From IMG/VR virus record IMGVR_UViG_3300028198_000279, positions 1 to 35,108 of that record: a DNA stretch of 35,108 nt; one strand, written 5' to 3'. The position numbers and the translations under genes are program-made. The stretch is from a virus. This document shows, piece after piece, positions 34,909 through 35,108 of this stretch. A model generated the notes under the pieces. That model saw only the letters and a list, made by a program, of their open reading frames with translations. It was not told the origin of the DNA and did no database searches. Every line of letters begins with the position of its first letter. Positions within the stretch are counted from its first letter, which is position 1.

Positions 34909-35108
34909 TAAAATAACACCCAATTTCCTGTTCCGTGATGTGGATACTCACTTTTATATTGATAATAATATACATCTGATGGCACTGTTTGTTTTCCACC
35001 CCAAGTTTCATCAACGGGTGTATTTGTAGAAAGGTTATTATCTTCAATAACAAACTCTAAAGGTAATTCAAAATTTCTACTGTATTTATAAGTTTCATAA
35101 AATATACC
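34908..35108 (-). CDS. ThDP enzyme alpha subunit (E1-alpha-like), 3' part; runs off the right edge
   Basis: Manual translation gives GIFYETYKYSRNFELPLEFVIEDNNLSTNTP...YPHHGTGNWVLF*. This includes the end of the ThDP-binding motif (G.F.E...FVIEDN). Confidence 0.82.
   Translation of the reverse strand, partial: GIFYETYKYSRNFELPLEFVIEDNNLSTNTPVDETWGGKQTVPSDVYYYQYKSEYPHHGTGNWVLF

Noticed and set aside
7746-34923. Longest-ORF starts given in the track for several genes (7772, 13132, 16675, 29604, 34409, 34923)
   Set aside because: Downstream ATGs (7745, 13078, 16657, 29580, 34388, 34908) have better SD sites or stop-start coupling, or match domain starts.
1690-35029. Plus-strand ORFs in the track (for example 2593-2847, 5917-6198, 12022-12276, 13651-13953, 33189-33482)
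   Set aside because: All are antisense shadows of well-supported minus-strand genes, with no motifs or SD sites. Their F/L/S richness mirrors Lys/Glu codons on the other strand.
1-35108. Stop-codon reassignment (code 4 or 15), as in some large phages
   Set aside because: Long conserved genes are intact under code 11, and TAG and TGA terminate genes at sensible positions with ATGA overlaps.
17734-35108. Sugar cluster as a cellular O-antigen locus or a prophage-host junction
   Set aside because: It shares strand, composition and coupling style with the phage genes. No Wzx/Wzy/ABC exporter, integrase or att-like site is visible. A chimeric assembly cannot be fully excluded without reads.
34378-35108. 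E1 alpha/beta as a pyruvate dehydrogenase auxiliary metabolic gene
   Set aside because: The beta subunit is truncated, no E2/E3 is in view, and the context is nucleotide-sugar synthesis.
1-35108. tRNA, rRNA or structured ncRNA genes
   Set aside because: Intergenic gaps are all under about 100 bp and AT-rich, and no cloverleaf or conserved RNA motifs were recognised by eye. tRNAscan-SE or Infernal would be needed to exclude them formally.

Overview
This 35.1-kb, very AT-rich window comes from a large T4-like (myovirus-type) phage. Essentially all credible genes are on the minus strand and tightly overlapped. In transcription order (right to left) there are three blocks. (1) A roughly 17.4-kb nucleotide-sugar and tailoring cluster (35108-17734): split ThDP E1 alpha/beta pair, four extended SDR epimerase/reductases, two PhyH and one other 2OG-Fe(II) dioxygenase, a PLP enzyme, a UDP-sugar dehydrogenase, a B12 radical SAM protein, three SGNH-like and two GT-like proteins, and a NodU/CmcH carbamoyltransferase. 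(2) A block of putative internal head proteins (17664-13098) with shared Glu-terminated leaders, followed by a GH108 lysozyme, a 1593-aa multi-enzyme protein and a GIY-YIG homing endonuclease. (3) The packaging/head module: gp17-like terminase, gp20-like portal, three candidate core proteins and the 5' part of a gp21-like prohead protease. The standout signal is a candidate capsid-packaged polyprotein system. A 728-aa ORF is built of about ten unrelated, basic 46-104-aa modules joined by in-frame (E/K)S(V)NE-type linkers that are conserved at the DNA level. The 1593-aa ORF chains a P-loop kinase, an Ntn hydrolase whose Cys directly follows Glu, a HIGH-type nucleotidyltransferase and a KxDG ligase-like domain. 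Both fit cargo cut after Glu by the prohead protease and injected with the DNA. That interpretation is inference; no database searches were run.
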